Translations under genes and position numbers: made by a program
Notes under the pieces: model-generated
What the model saw: only the letters and a program-made list of their open reading frames with translations
The model's database searches: none
What the model was told of the DNA's origin: nothing
DNA from: Vicinamibacteria bacterium
GTDB taxonomy: Bacteria; Acidobacteriota; Vicinamibacteria; Marinacidobacterales; Marinacidobacteraceae
Reading direction: 5' to 3'
DNA length: 64,000 bases
Assembly: GCA_965199715.1 (NCBI GenBank)
Contig: CBDATA010000001.1
Location: 32,001 to 96,000 of the forward strand
In this document: positions 36,652 to 45,874 of the stretch, one piece after another
Position numbering within the stretch: position 1 is the stretch's first letter
Layout of the letters: the number at the start of each line of letters is the position of its first letter

Positions 36652-39426
36652 CTAGCGGACGTTCCAGGAAGCGCTCACGCCGAACGAGCGGCCGAGCCTG
36701 AAGGTCCGCTGCGTTTCGCCGCCCTGGGTGAAGCGGTACTCGGCGTCGAGCAGGTTGTCGAACGACGCCCGGAGGCTCCAGGCGGCGCCGAAACTCTTCT
36801 GGAAGACGGCGTCGAGGCTTCCCCGCCCCTCTTCGTGGATGTCGGGCAGGCCGAGCGCGCCAACGTCCGCGATCCGGTCGTCGAACCAGTTGTAGAGAAC
36901 GCGGAGGCTGGCGTCGATCTCGGGAAGCGCGAGCGCCGCCGTGAGGTTCAGCGAGTGGGGCGACTGCCCGGCGAGCGGCCGCTCGAGGCTCGTCTGGACC
37001 TGCCCGGCGAGGTCCGCGAGCTCGATGCGCGAGTTGACGAAGGTGTAGTTGGCCGACGCCGACACGCGCCCGAAGCTCCGCCGCCCCTCGACCTCCACCC
37101 CGGCGTTCCTGGCGCCGAGCGCGTTGTCGTAGGAAGTGCGGAGCTGCGAGGTCGGTTGGACCACCCGCTCGATGGGCCGGTCGAAGTCCTTGTAGAACGC
37201 GCTGACGGCGAACACCTCTCCCGCCCCCGGGAACGTCTCCCAGCGCGCGTCCACGTTCCGGATGAGCGCCCGTTCGAGGTTGGGGTTGCCGACGACGGCG
37301 CGTCCCCCGACCACGTCGGTGAACTCGAAGGGCGCGAGTTCCCGGAACTCGGGCCGATTGACCGTGTGGCTGTACCCGACGCGGACGTTCGTCCCCGAGG
37401 TCAGCGCGTACACCACGTTGAACCCCGGCAGCACGTCGGTGTTCTCGAGCCGCGCGGTGATCGTCCCGGCGACCGTGGAGAACGGGTCGAAGGTGTCCAC
37501 GACCTGCTCGGAGCGCTCCACCCGCGCCCCGCCGACGATGCGGAGCCGGTCCGACAGCGGCAGGTCCATCATCCCGAAGAAGGCGCCCACCTGCTGCTCG
37601 GCGGCGTAGGCGTCGGTCGCCCGCGTCTCCTCGCGCAGCTCGAAGACCGAACCGATGAGATCGGGAACGAAGAGCTGCTCGGCCGGCAGGGTCAGGTCCG
37701 CGGCGCCCGGGCGCCGGGGCGTCAGCCGGAAGCGGCGCGAGGAAAAGTCCCGCTGACGCCTCGAGAGCGCCGGCCCGAACTTGAGGCTCGCCGGCAGGCC
37801 GTTCCACTGGGTGAAGAACGAGCTCCAGTCGAAGCCGAGCTCGCGCACCGTGTCGGTCAGTTCATTGAACATCCGGAAGCCGCTCTGCGACTCGTCCGCG
37901 AGCACGAGGCCGCCGGCCGAGGGGTTGTGCTCGTAGAGAGTCTCCCGGAGATCGGGTTCGTCCCGGGTCGCCCGCGAGAACGTGGCGTTCCACTCGAGCA
38001 GACCGGCGCCGATCGCGGCGAAGCGGTGCTCGCCCGAGAGCCGCGACGACAAGATGGACTCCTCCACCCAGCGCAGCCGCGTGTTCCGGATGTTCTCGCC
38101 GACGTCGCCGTTGTGCCCCTCGAAGACCCGGGCCTCGTTCTTCGAGCTGTGGGTGTAGAAGTTCTCGAGCGCCATCCGGTGGTCGCCGGAGAACTTGTAG
38201 GCGAGGTTGCCGATGACCCCCGTGGACGCCTTCGATTCGGTGACGCGGAAGTCGTAGTCGTTTTGCACCTCCACGTCTCCGCCGGAGACCGAGTAGAAGG
38301 TGCGCTCCTCGTCGGTGTTCTGGTGTCCCCGGGACCAGGTGGCGCTGACGACGGCGCCCAGCTTGTCCCAACTGTCGCCGGCCACGAAGCTGTAGGACTG
38401 ATCCTGTCCCACCCGGTCCTCCACGGGCGACCAGACGTTCGAGAACGCCTCGCCCATGGACTCCAGCTCGGAGGGAAGGAACCCGACATCGCTGAACCGG
38501 CCGCGGCGCACCGTCTTCGCGTCCGGGATCGCCGAGGGCAGGCTGCGGGTGCCGTCGTCGAAGCCGAACATGTCGCGGCTGCCGCCGGCGTAGGTCAGGC
38601 CGTCCTCGAAGGACGTTCCCTGAGTGAAGCCCTGCGACATGGAGAACCGCAGCACCGGGGCGGCGGGAAACGCGAGCGGGTCGATCTCGACGAGGCCGCC
38701 GGAGAAGTCCGCCGGCTTGTCGGGGAGGTACGACTTGACCACCGAGACGCTCTCGATGAGGCCGGTGGGAAACAGATCCAGCGGCACGACCCGCTTGTCC
38801 GGCTCGGTCGTCGGGAGCACCGCGCCGTTCAGCGTCGTGTTCGAATACCGCTCGCCGAGGCCCCGGACGAAGACGTACTGGTTGTCCACGACCGTCAGCC
38901 CGGTGACGCGCTTCATCGCCGAAGCGGCGTTCGAGTCGGAGTTCCGGCTCATCTCCTCCGAGCCGACGTTGTCGACGATGGCGCCGGCGCGCTGGCGCTC
39001 GACGAGCTGCGCCTCGGCGGTGCGGAGCTCGACGTCCTCGACGGAAGCCGTGATCGAAACGGTCTCCGCGAAGCGCTCCATGCGGAGCACGACGTCGAGG
39101 CGGACGGTCTCGCCTGCGGCGATCGTGACCGGGACGACCTGGTCCTCGTACCCGCTGAACGAGACGCGGACCTCGTGGTCGCCCTCGGGGACCTCCACCG
39201 AGAACGCGCCGTCCAGCTCGGTGTACACCGTGTAGTCGGTCGAAAGCACGGTCACCGGGGCGGACGGGAGCGTCATCCCGTTGAAGCTGTCCCGAACGAT
39301 CCCGGTGACGACGCCGTTCGCGCCCCCTCCGTCGCCGTTCTGAGCCAGCGCCGGAAGGCCGGACAGGGCCAGGCACCAAAGGGCGAGCGCGGCGGGCCGC
39401 CTCTGGCTCGCAATCGGATTCGTCAT
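36652..39426 (-). CDS. TonB-dependent outer-membrane receptor with N-terminal carboxypeptidase-like extension
   Basis: Signal peptide; plug motifs RVTG, VFVRGLGERY, PLDLFP, VVKSY.PD; barrel NRPEFREL, GNPNL, NLLD. Confidence 0.93.
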   Translation of the reverse strand: MTNPIASQRRPAALALWCLALSGLPALAQNGDGGGANGVVTGIVRDSFNGMTLPSAPVTVLSTDYTVYTELDGAFSVEVPEGDHEVRVSFSGYEDQVVPVTIAAGETVRLDVVLRMERFAETVSITASVEDVELRTAEAQLVERQRAGAIVDNVGSEEMSRNSDSNAASAMKRVTGLTVVDNQYVFVRGLGERYSNTTLNGAVLPTTEPDKRVVPLDLFPTGLIESVSVVKSYLPDKPADFSGGLVEIDPLAFPAAPVLRFSMSQGFTQGTSFEDGLTYAGGSRDMFGFDDGTRSLPSAIPDAKTVRRGRFSDVGFLPSELESMGEAFSNVWSPVEDRVGQDQSYSFVAGDSWDKLGAVVSATWSRGHQNTDEERTFYSVSGGDVEVQNDYDFRVTESKASTGVIGNLAYKFSGDHRMALENFYTHSSKNEARVFEGHNGDVGENIRNTRLRWVEESILSSRLSGEHRFAAIGAGLLEWNATFSRATRDEPDLRETLYEHNPSAGGLVLADESQSGFRMFNELTDTVRELGFDWSSFFTQWNGLPASLKFGPALSRRQRDFSSRRFRLTPRRPGAADLTLPAEQLFVPDLIGSVFELREETRATDAYAAEQQVGAFFGMMDLPLSDRLRIVGGARVERSEQVVDTFDPFSTVAGTITARLENTDVLPGFNVVYALTSGTNVRVGYSHTVNRPEFRELAPFEFTDVVGGRAVVGNPNLERALIRNVDARWETFPGAGEVFAVSAFYKDFDRPIERVVQPTSQLRTSYDNALGARNAGVEVEGRRSFGRVSASANYTFVNSRIELADLAGQVQTSLERPLAGQSPHSLNLTAALALPEIDASLRVLYNWFDDRIADVGALGLPDIHEEGRGSLDAVFQKSFGAAWSLRASFDNLLDAEYRFTQGGETQRTFRLGRSFGVSASWNVR

Positions 39427-39458
39427 GACGGCCGGGATTCTGGCCAGAGCGGCGGCCC

Positions 39459-39502
39459 GCTTCGTTACCGGTTCGTGAACGAAGCGAGAGTTTCTCGTGA
39501 AC
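39459..39502 (-). promoter_or_regulatory. Putative Pho box: four 11-bp direct-repeat units
   Basis: Minus strand GTTCACGAGAA-ACTCTCGCTTC-GTTCACGAACC-GGTAACGAAGC in the TBDR/phoB divergent gap, upstream of a CAGAAT -10-like box (39442-39437). Confidence 0.65.
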
Positions 39503-39536
39503 GCCGAACGGGGGACTAGGATTGCCCCGCCCGACC

Positions 39537-40253
39537 ATGCCCAAGCACGTTCTTGTCATCGAGGACGACCCGGCGATCGTGGAGCTTCTCCAGTTCAACC
39601 TCGAGCGCGAGTCCTTCCGGGTGACCTCCGCCGGGACCGGCTCCGACGGGCTGGCCGCGGTGCGCAAGCAGCGGCCCGATCTGGTCATCCTCGACCTGAT
39701 GCTCCCCGAGCGAAGCGGCTTCGAGGTGTGCCGGGAGATCCGGGGCGACCCGGAGCTCGCGGCGACTCCGATCATCATGCTGACCGCGCGGGGCGAGGAG
39801 GCGGACCGCATCGCCGGGCTCGAGATCGGGGCGGACGACTACATCACGAAGCCCTTCAGCACGCGCGAACTCGTCGCGCGGGTGGGGGCCGTGCTGCGCC
39901 GGGCGACCCGGCGCCGGGCCGGCCCGACGAACCGGGCTCCGTCGCCGGTCCGCGTCGGCGACCTCCTCATCGACCCGGTGTCGTTCACCGTCGAGCGGGC
40001 CGGCGAGCCGATTCCGATGACGAACCTCGAGTTCCGGTTGCTGCACCACCTCGCGTCCCGGCCCGGCGAAATGTGCGCCCGCGACCGGATCCTCGACGAG
40101 GTCTGGGGCGAGGACGCCTTCGTGACCCAGCGGAGCGTGGACGCCTACGTCCGGCGGCTCCGGCAAAAGCTGGACCGGCCGGGCGAGCCGTCGCTCCTCT
40201 CCACGGTGCGCGGGGCCGGCTACCGCTTCGAGACCGGTGGCCCCGACGGATAG
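39537..40253 (+). CDS. phoB: OmpR/PhoB-family response regulator (PhoB-like)
   Basis: VIEDD, LDLMLP, MLTARGEEADRIAGLEIGADDYITKPF, RSVD..VRRLRQKL, TVRGAGYRF. Confidence 0.82.
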   Translation: MPKHVLVIEDDPAIVELLQFNLERESFRVTSAGTGSDGLAAVRKQRPDLVILDLMLPERSGFEVCREIRGDPELAATPIIMLTARGEEADRIAGLEIGADDYITKPFSTRELVARVGAVLRRATRRRAGPTNRAPSPVRVGDLLIDPVSFTVERAGEPIPMTNLEFRLLHHLASRPGEMCARDRILDEVWGEDAFVTQRSVDAYVRRLRQKLDRPGEPSLLSTVRGAGYRFETGGPDG

Positions 40254-42075
40254 GGGGCGCCTCGGCGCCCCGCGTCTCGCGATCCGCCTCACGCTGTGGA
40301 GCGTCGCGGTGATCGTGGCGCCGCTCGCGGCGGTGCTGGTCGTGGCGTACTCGAGCGTGCGCGAGACGACCGTGAACCGCACCTTCGACAGCCTCGACGC
40401 GCTCGCCGACGCGGCGCTCCTCCGCCCGCCCGAGGACCGCTCCGACCGCGGGCTCGCCGAGTGGGCGCTCGGGTTCGCGGCGAACGGGAAGGAGGAACGG
40501 GCCACGCCGTGGGAGGGCGACCGGCGGGTGACGCTCGTGACCCGGGAAGGCGTCGTGCTCGCCGACTCGCACAGCGAACCGGCTGCGATGGACAACCACG
40601 CCGACCGCCCCGAGATCGCCGCCGCGTTCGCGGACGGCTACGGGCGCTCCGAGCGGTTCAGCGACACCCGCGACGAGGATCTCACCTACGTCGCGGTCCG
40701 CCCCGACTGGCGTCCCGACCGCGTGGTCCGCCTGTCCTCGCCCGTGGTGGTGACCGCGGACGTCCTCGACGTCCTCGCGCCGGTCCTGCTCATCGCCGTG
40801 CTCGCGGCCGGGCTCGGCACCGGCGTGTCGTTCTGGTACTCGGGCCGGTTCTCCGCCCGGGTCGCCGCGATCTCCAGCTTCTCCGAGCGGGTGGCGGCGG
40901 GCGACTTCCGCCCGGCGAAGGTCTCGCCGGGCATGGACGAACTGGACGGGCTGGTCGCGTCGCTCAACCTCACCGCGGCGCGCCTCGACGAGAGCTTCCG
41001 GTCGCTCACCGCGGAGCGCAACCAAGGCGCCGCCATCCTGTCGAGCATGAGCGAGGGCGTCGCGGTTCTCGACCCGAAGCTGCGCATCCTCTACCTCAAC
41101 TCGGCGTTCCGCACGCTGCTGCGGCTCCCCGGCGACTCGTGGCAGGAGTTCGCCGGACGCAAGGCGAAGCGCGCGCTGCCCACGCCGCGCCTGTTTCGCA
41201 TGACCCGCCGCGCGCTCAAGGGGCGCCGCAACGAGATCGAGATCTCGATCGGCGAGCGCGAGATCCTCGCTCGCGCCGCTCCGGTCCGGGCGAGCCTGCC
41301 GGGACCCGCACCGGAGCCGGGAATCGAGCCGGACGCGCTGCTCGGGGCCGTGCTCGTGCTGACCGACGTGACCGAGCTGCACCGCCTCGAGCGGGTGCGC
41401 CGCGACTTCGTGGCCAACCTCTCGCACGAGCTCAAGACCCCGCTCACCTCGATCCAGGGATTCGCGGAGACGCTGATCGATGGCGGCGGCGCGAGCGAGG
41501 AGCAGCAGAAGCGGTTCCTCGGGCGCATCCACGAGCATGCGGTGCGGCTGTCGCGCATCACCGACGACCTGCTGCGCCTCGCCCGGATGGAGAGCGGCAA
41601 GCTGGAGCCCATCGTCCGGCCGGTGGCGGTCGGCGACCTGGTTCAGAGCGCGCTGGATTCGGCGAGGGTCAAGTCGGGCAACCGCACGCTCACGTTCACC
41701 GAAACGACCGGGGCCGGCGAGATCCGCACCGATCCCGACCTGCTCGCGGAAATCCTCCACAACCTCGTGGACAACGCCGTCCAGTACACCGGCGACGACG
41801 GCCGGATCGAGATCGAGGCCGCGCCCGCCGACGAGGACATGCTGCGCATCTCGGTCACCGACGACGGCGTGGGCATTCCGAAAAAGCACCACGAGCGCAT
41901 CTTCGAGCGCTTCTACCGGGTGGACCGGGCGCGGTCCCGGGAGGCGGGGGGCACCGGGCTCGGGCTCGCGATCACGCGGCACGCCGCCGAGCTTCTGGCC
42001 GGGCGGCTGAAGGTGAGCAGCGCTCCGGGCGAGGGCTCGAGCTTTTCGCTGTACCTGCCCCGGGGCGGCGACTGA
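40237..42075 (+). CDS. phoR: Sensor histidine kinase, PhoR-like
   Basis: Two TMs, MDNHADRPEI sensor motif, HAMP, PAS, RRDFVANLSHELKTPLT, NLVDNA, IFERFYRVD.ARSR..GGTGLGL. Confidence 0.85.
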   Translation: MAPTDRGRLGAPRLAIRLTLWSVAVIVAPLAAVLVVAYSSVRETTVNRTFDSLDALADAALLRPPEDRSDRGLAEWALGFAANGKEERATPWEGDRRVTLVTREGVVLADSHSEPAAMDNHADRPEIAAAFADGYGRSERFSDTRDEDLTYVAVRPDWRPDRVVRLSSPVVVTADVLDVLAPVLLIAVLAAGLGTGVSFWYSGRFSARVAAISSFSERVAAGDFRPAKVSPGMDELDGLVASLNLTAARLDESFRSLTAERNQGAAILSSMSEGVAVLDPKLRILYLNSAFRTLLRLPGDSWQEFAGRKAKRALPTPRLFRMTRRALKGRRNEIEISIGEREILARAAPVRASLPGPAPEPGIEPDALLGAVLVLTDVTELHRLERVRRDFVANLSHELKTPLTSIQGFAETLIDGGGASEEQQKRFLGRIHEHAVRLSRITDDLLRLARMESGKLEPIVRPVAVGDLVQSALDSARVKSGNRTLTFTETTGAGEIRTDPDLLAEILHNLVDNAVQYTGDDGRIEIEAAPADEDMLRISVTDDGVGIPKKHHERIFERFYRVDRARSREAGGTGLGLAITRHAAELLAGRLKVSSAPGEGSSFSLYLPRGGD

Positions 42076-42078
42076 TCC

Positions 42079-43953
42079 TCAGTTCGCGGGCGCGAACTCC
42101 AGCGCTCCGGTGAAGCGCTCCACCCGGACGAGCTGCGCCGGGAACCGGTCGCCGATCCGCCAGCGGCGCCCGGTCCGGCGGCCCCGCAGCGAATGGCTGC
42201 GGCGGTCGAACCGGAAGTCGTCGCCGGCGAGCAGGTCCATGGGTACGACTCCCGCCGCCGGGAAGTCCTCGACCTCGACGCCGACCCCGAACCGACCCAG
42301 CCCGGAAACAACCGCCGGAAAGACCTCGCCGAGCCGGCCCTCGAGCAGCGCCGCGATTCCCAGGTCCACGACGAGCCTCTCCGCGGCCTCGGCGGACCGC
42401 TCGGCGCGCGAGGAGCGGACCGCGAGGCGGTCGAGGTCGGGCGGCGGCTCGGCTCCGGCGAGCGCCCGGTGCGCGAGGAGGTCCGGGTAGCGCCGGATCG
42501 GCGAGGTGAAGTGGGCGTAGTCGGGCAGCGCCAGCGCGAAGTGGCCGAGCGGCCGGGGGTCGTACGCCGCCCGCTCGAGGCTCCGCAGGAGGCGCCGGCG
42601 CAGGAACGGCGCTTCCCGGCGATGGCGGATGCGTTCGAGGAGGCGGGCGAAGTGCGCCGGACGCAGCGGCTCTCCCGGCGCCCCGAGCCGTTCGCCGAAG
42701 GTCGCGAGCAGGTCGAGGAACCGGTCCCGGGCCGCCGGATCGGGAGCGCGATGGACCCGGTGGAGCGTCGGCGTCTCCCGCAGCCGCCGCGCGACGGCCT
42801 CGTTCGCGGCGAGCATGCACTCCTCGACTAGGCGGTGCGCCTCGTGCTCGACGACGATCCGGGCGTCCGCGACCGCGCCCGAGTCGTCCAGCACGAGTTC
42901 CCGCTCGGGCATTTCGAGATCCAGCGCGCCCCGCGCCCGCCGCGCCGTCCCGAGAGCGCGGGCGACCTCGCCCAGGGTGCGCACGGCTTCGGGGACTTCG
43001 CCCGGCGCGTCTCCCCCGAGCATGACCATGCCCTCGTCGTAGGCGAGGCGCGCCCGGCTGCGGATCACCCCCGCCGCGAACCGGGCGTCCTGAACCTGTC
43101 CGTCCCGCCCCACGCGCAGGACCACGGAACGGGTCAGCCGGTCCTCGTCGAGGCAAAGCGAGCAGATGCCTGAGGACAGCCGCTCCGGGAGCATCGGAAG
43201 GACGCGGCTCGGGAAGTACGCTGACCTCCCGCGCCGGGCGGCCTCGAGGTCCATGGGGCCGCCCGCCGGCACCCACGCGGCCACGTCGGCGATGTGCGCC
43301 TGAAGCTCGAAGGCGCCGTCCGACAGGCGCGAGGCCGAAAGCGCGTCGTCGTGGTCGCGGGCGTCGGCCGGATCGAGGGTAAGAACGGTCGCGGCGCGGA
43401 AATCCTCCCGCCCGGCGACGTGGGCGGGCGCGACCCGGGCCGGAACCCGCTCCGCCTCGTCGAGCGCGGCCCGCGGGAATTCGCTCCGAAGGCCGTGCCG
43501 GTGGATCGCCGCCGCGATCGCGGCGGGGAGTTCGCCGCGGCTCCCGAACACCCGCACGACGACGGCCGCAAGCCGCCCGCGGACGCTCTCGACCCGGACC
43601 GCCACGAGGTCGTCGGGCCGCGGGCGCTTCGTCACGGCGAGCGGAATCTCCCGCGTCCAGCGGCCCTCCCGCGCCACGACCCGGTCCCCGGCGCCCGAAA
43701 CGATCCCGACCAGCGGATCGGGGCTGCGGCGCACCACGCGCGCCACCGCCGCCTCGATCCGCCCGCGGCGGGTCCGGAAGAGCGGCTCGACCTCGACCAG
43801 GTCGCCCGGGAGGGCCGCACCCATCCGGCCCGCGGCGACGTGAAGGTCCTCGGCGTCCGGCCCATCGGGGTCTTCAGGGGCCACCCACCCGCCGCCGTCG
43901 GCGCTCCCCGAGAGCGCGCCCCGCATGAGGCGGGGGTCGGGGTCCGGGGACAC
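42079..43953 (-). CDS. rnr: Ribonuclease R (RNB family)
   Basis: DPADARDHDDA, HIADVA, PMLPERLS, VEECMLAAN, HFTSPIRRYPDL, C-terminal S1. Confidence 0.9.
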   Translation of the reverse strand: MSPDPDPRLMRGALSGSADGGGWVAPEDPDGPDAEDLHVAAGRMGAALPGDLVEVEPLFRTRRGRIEAAVARVVRRSPDPLVGIVSGAGDRVVAREGRWTREIPLAVTKRPRPDDLVAVRVESVRGRLAAVVVRVFGSRGELPAAIAAAIHRHGLRSEFPRAALDEAERVPARVAPAHVAGREDFRAATVLTLDPADARDHDDALSASRLSDGAFELQAHIADVAAWVPAGGPMDLEAARRGRSAYFPSRVLPMLPERLSSGICSLCLDEDRLTRSVVLRVGRDGQVQDARFAAGVIRSRARLAYDEGMVMLGGDAPGEVPEAVRTLGEVARALGTARRARGALDLEMPERELVLDDSGAVADARIVVEHEAHRLVEECMLAANEAVARRLRETPTLHRVHRAPDPAARDRFLDLLATFGERLGAPGEPLRPAHFARLLERIRHRREAPFLRRRLLRSLERAAYDPRPLGHFALALPDYAHFTSPIRRYPDLLAHRALAGAEPPPDLDRLAVRSSRAERSAEAAERLVVDLGIAALLEGRLGEVFPAVVSGLGRFGVGVEVEDFPAAGVVPMDLLAGDDFRFDRRSHSLRGRRTGRRWRIGDRFPAQLVRVERFTGALEFAPAN

Positions 43954-43983
43954 GCCCCGATGCTAGACTGCCCGCTTCCGCGT

Positions 43984-44070
43984 GCCGAAGTGGCGGAACG
44001 GCAGACGCGCTGCGTTCAGGACGCAGTACTCCCAGTGAGTGTCAGGGTTCAAATCCCTGCTTCGGCACCA
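43984..44070 (+). tRNA. tRNA-Leu(CAG), CCA encoded
   Basis: GCCGAAG/CTTCGGC acceptor stem, CTGCG-TTCAGGA-CGCAG anticodon arm, long variable arm, GTTCAAATC. Confidence 0.95.
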
Positions 44071-44087
44071 ATGCGCCCTGCGAGGCC

Positions 44088-45668
44088 TCAGCGGCCCTCC
44101 GGCTCGCGGACCGTCGGGTACTCGACGCCGAGCTGCTCCAGGTACGTGTCGTAACGCTCGGGGTCGTAGTGGAACGGCCGCATCGCCTCCCGGAACGCGC
44201 CCTGGCGATCCTCGTTCAGGTGGATGGCCGGCGGGTCGTCGGGACCGACGAGCGGCGTGTACTGATGCTCCGCCGTCTGCTCGGCGAAATACTCCTGCAC
44301 GGCCGGAAGCAGCTCGGCGTTGAGGAAGAGGTCCATCAGCGTCATCGCGACGACGCGGGCGCCGGCCTGCGCTCCCTTGTGGGCGATGGGAGTCGCCATC
44401 GCCACCGCGTTGGCCCAGTGGTGTCCGGGGCCGCCGGGAATGTTCGCCGGGTATCGGAGGGTGACCGTGGGGACGGTCCACGAGATGTCCCCGATGTCGT
44501 CCGAGCCCCCGCCGAGCCGGGGTTCGGAGACCGGACCGCGGATCTCGCCGAGTTCCGTGGGCAGCCCGCGCTCCTCGACCCCGAGCTCGCGCTGGAGTCC
44601 CGTCGCGAGCGTCTGGTCCGCCTCGCTCCACTCGGGCAGGCCGACCCGCTCGATGTTGGCCCACACGGCCTCGGCGAGCGGCTTGTTGAAATGCCGCGGA
44701 TAGGCGTGGCCGAGGATCCGCCACGAGACCTCGGTGGAGGTCATCGCCGCCGCCGCCCCGGCCATGGTGTTGCCGAGCTCGTAGAGCTCCTTCATCCCCT
44801 CCTGCTCCAGCTCCCGGAAGTAGTACCAGACCGACGCTTCCTGCGGGACCACGTTCGGCTGGTCGCCGCCGTTGGTGATGACGTAGTGGGAGCGGTGCGG
44901 CAGCCGAAGGTGCTCGCGCTTGAAATTCCACGCCGTGTTCATGATCTCCACGGCGTCGAGGGCGCTCCGCCCGCGCCACGGCGCGCCCGCCGAGTGCGCC
45001 GCCTCGCCGGAGAACGTGTACTCCACCGAGACCAGCCCATTCCCGCCGGCCTGCCCCCAGCTCACGCCGAACTGGCTCGAAACATGGGTGAACACGCAAG
45101 CGTCCACGTCGTCGAAGTGTCCGTCCCGCACGAACCAGGCCTTGGTCCCCACGACCTCCTCGGCGACGCCCGGCCATATCACGATGGTGCCCGGGATGTT
45201 CTCCCGCTCCATGACTTCCTTGGCCGCGAGGGCTCCGGCGATGATGACCGCCTGGCCGGAGTTGTGTCCCTCGCCATGGCCGGGCGCGCCCGACACCAGC
45301 GGGTCGCGGTACGCCACGCCCGGCTTCTGGGACGACTTGGGGATCCCGTCGATGTCGCTGCCGAGCGCGATCACCGGCCCTCCCGAGCCCCACCGCGCGA
45401 ACCACGCGGTCGGGATGCCCGAAACGCCCTCCTCGACCTCGAAACCGTTCTCCCGCAGCACTCCCACGAGGTAGCGGGAGGTCTCGCGCTCCTGGAATCC
45501 AAGCTCGCCGAAGCTGAAGACCGAGTCCACCATGACCTGCACGAGCTTGGCCCGCTCGGCGGCGCCCTGGTCGGCGACCGAGCGCAGCGCGGCGAGATCC
45601 TGCGCCGCCGCCGGAGCCGCGAGGCCGGCGAGAAGCGTCAGCGCGAGGGGAAGATGGCGGGTACGCAT
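44088..45668 (-). CDS. Secreted M20 amidohydrolase (AbgB-like)
   Basis: Signal peptide; ELGFQE, GHGEGHN, AEE, GEAAHSAGAPWRGRSALDA, GGSDDIGDISW. Confidence 0.88.
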   Translation of the reverse strand: MRTRHLPLALTLLAGLAAPAAAQDLAALRSVADQGAAERAKLVQVMVDSVFSFGELGFQERETSRYLVGVLRENGFEVEEGVSGIPTAWFARWGSGGPVIALGSDIDGIPKSSQKPGVAYRDPLVSGAPGHGEGHNSGQAVIIAGALAAKEVMERENIPGTIVIWPGVAEEVVGTKAWFVRDGHFDDVDACVFTHVSSQFGVSWGQAGGNGLVSVEYTFSGEAAHSAGAPWRGRSALDAVEIMNTAWNFKREHLRLPHRSHYVITNGGDQPNVVPQEASVWYYFRELEQEGMKELYELGNTMAGAAAAMTSTEVSWRILGHAYPRHFNKPLAEAVWANIERVGLPEWSEADQTLATGLQRELGVEERGLPTELGEIRGPVSEPRLGGGSDDIGDISWTVPTVTLRYPANIPGGPGHHWANAVAMATPIAHKGAQAGARVVAMTLMDLFLNAELLPAVQEYFAEQTAEHQYTPLVGPDDPPAIHLNEDRQGAFREAMRPFHYDPERYDTYLEQLGVEYPTVREPEGR

Positions 45669-45764
45669 GGGATCCTCCGGCGAAACCGCCGAGTATAGGA
45701 GGCAGCCGCTACACTTCGCTCGCCTGGCCGGATCGGTACGGGCCGGCCACCCCCAAGGGGCGCT

Positions 45765-45846
45765 GCGAAAGTGGCGGAACCGGCAGACGCGCTGGATTTA
45801 GGTTCCAGTGGGGCAACCCGTGGGGGTTCGAATCCCCCCTTTCGCA
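45765..45846 (+). tRNA. tRNA-Leu(TAG), CCA not encoded
   Basis: GCGAAAG/CTTTCGC acceptor stem, CTGGA-TTTAGGT-TCCAG anticodon arm, GGTTCGAATCC; upstream of tig. Confidence 0.95.
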
Positions 45847-45874
45847 GCCGTCCGCCCGGGCTCCCGCAAAAAAG

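Noticed and set aside
29997-39811. Long antisense or alternate-frame ORFs (29997..32897, 33365..34954, 36835..39519, 37862..39811 and similar throughout)
   Set aside because: Arg/Pro/Gly-rich or mirror-codon translations overlapping well-supported genes; expected from stop-codon scarcity at high GC
45725-45760. Two small hairpins upstream of tRNA-Leu(TAG)
   Set aside because: Likely tRNA leader structure or chance GC pairing; no known RNA family recognised
43984-45846. Possible tRNA-anchored island (M20 gene between two tRNA-Leu genes)
   Set aside because: The two tRNAs are distinct complete isoacceptors; no integrase, att duplication or compositional shift
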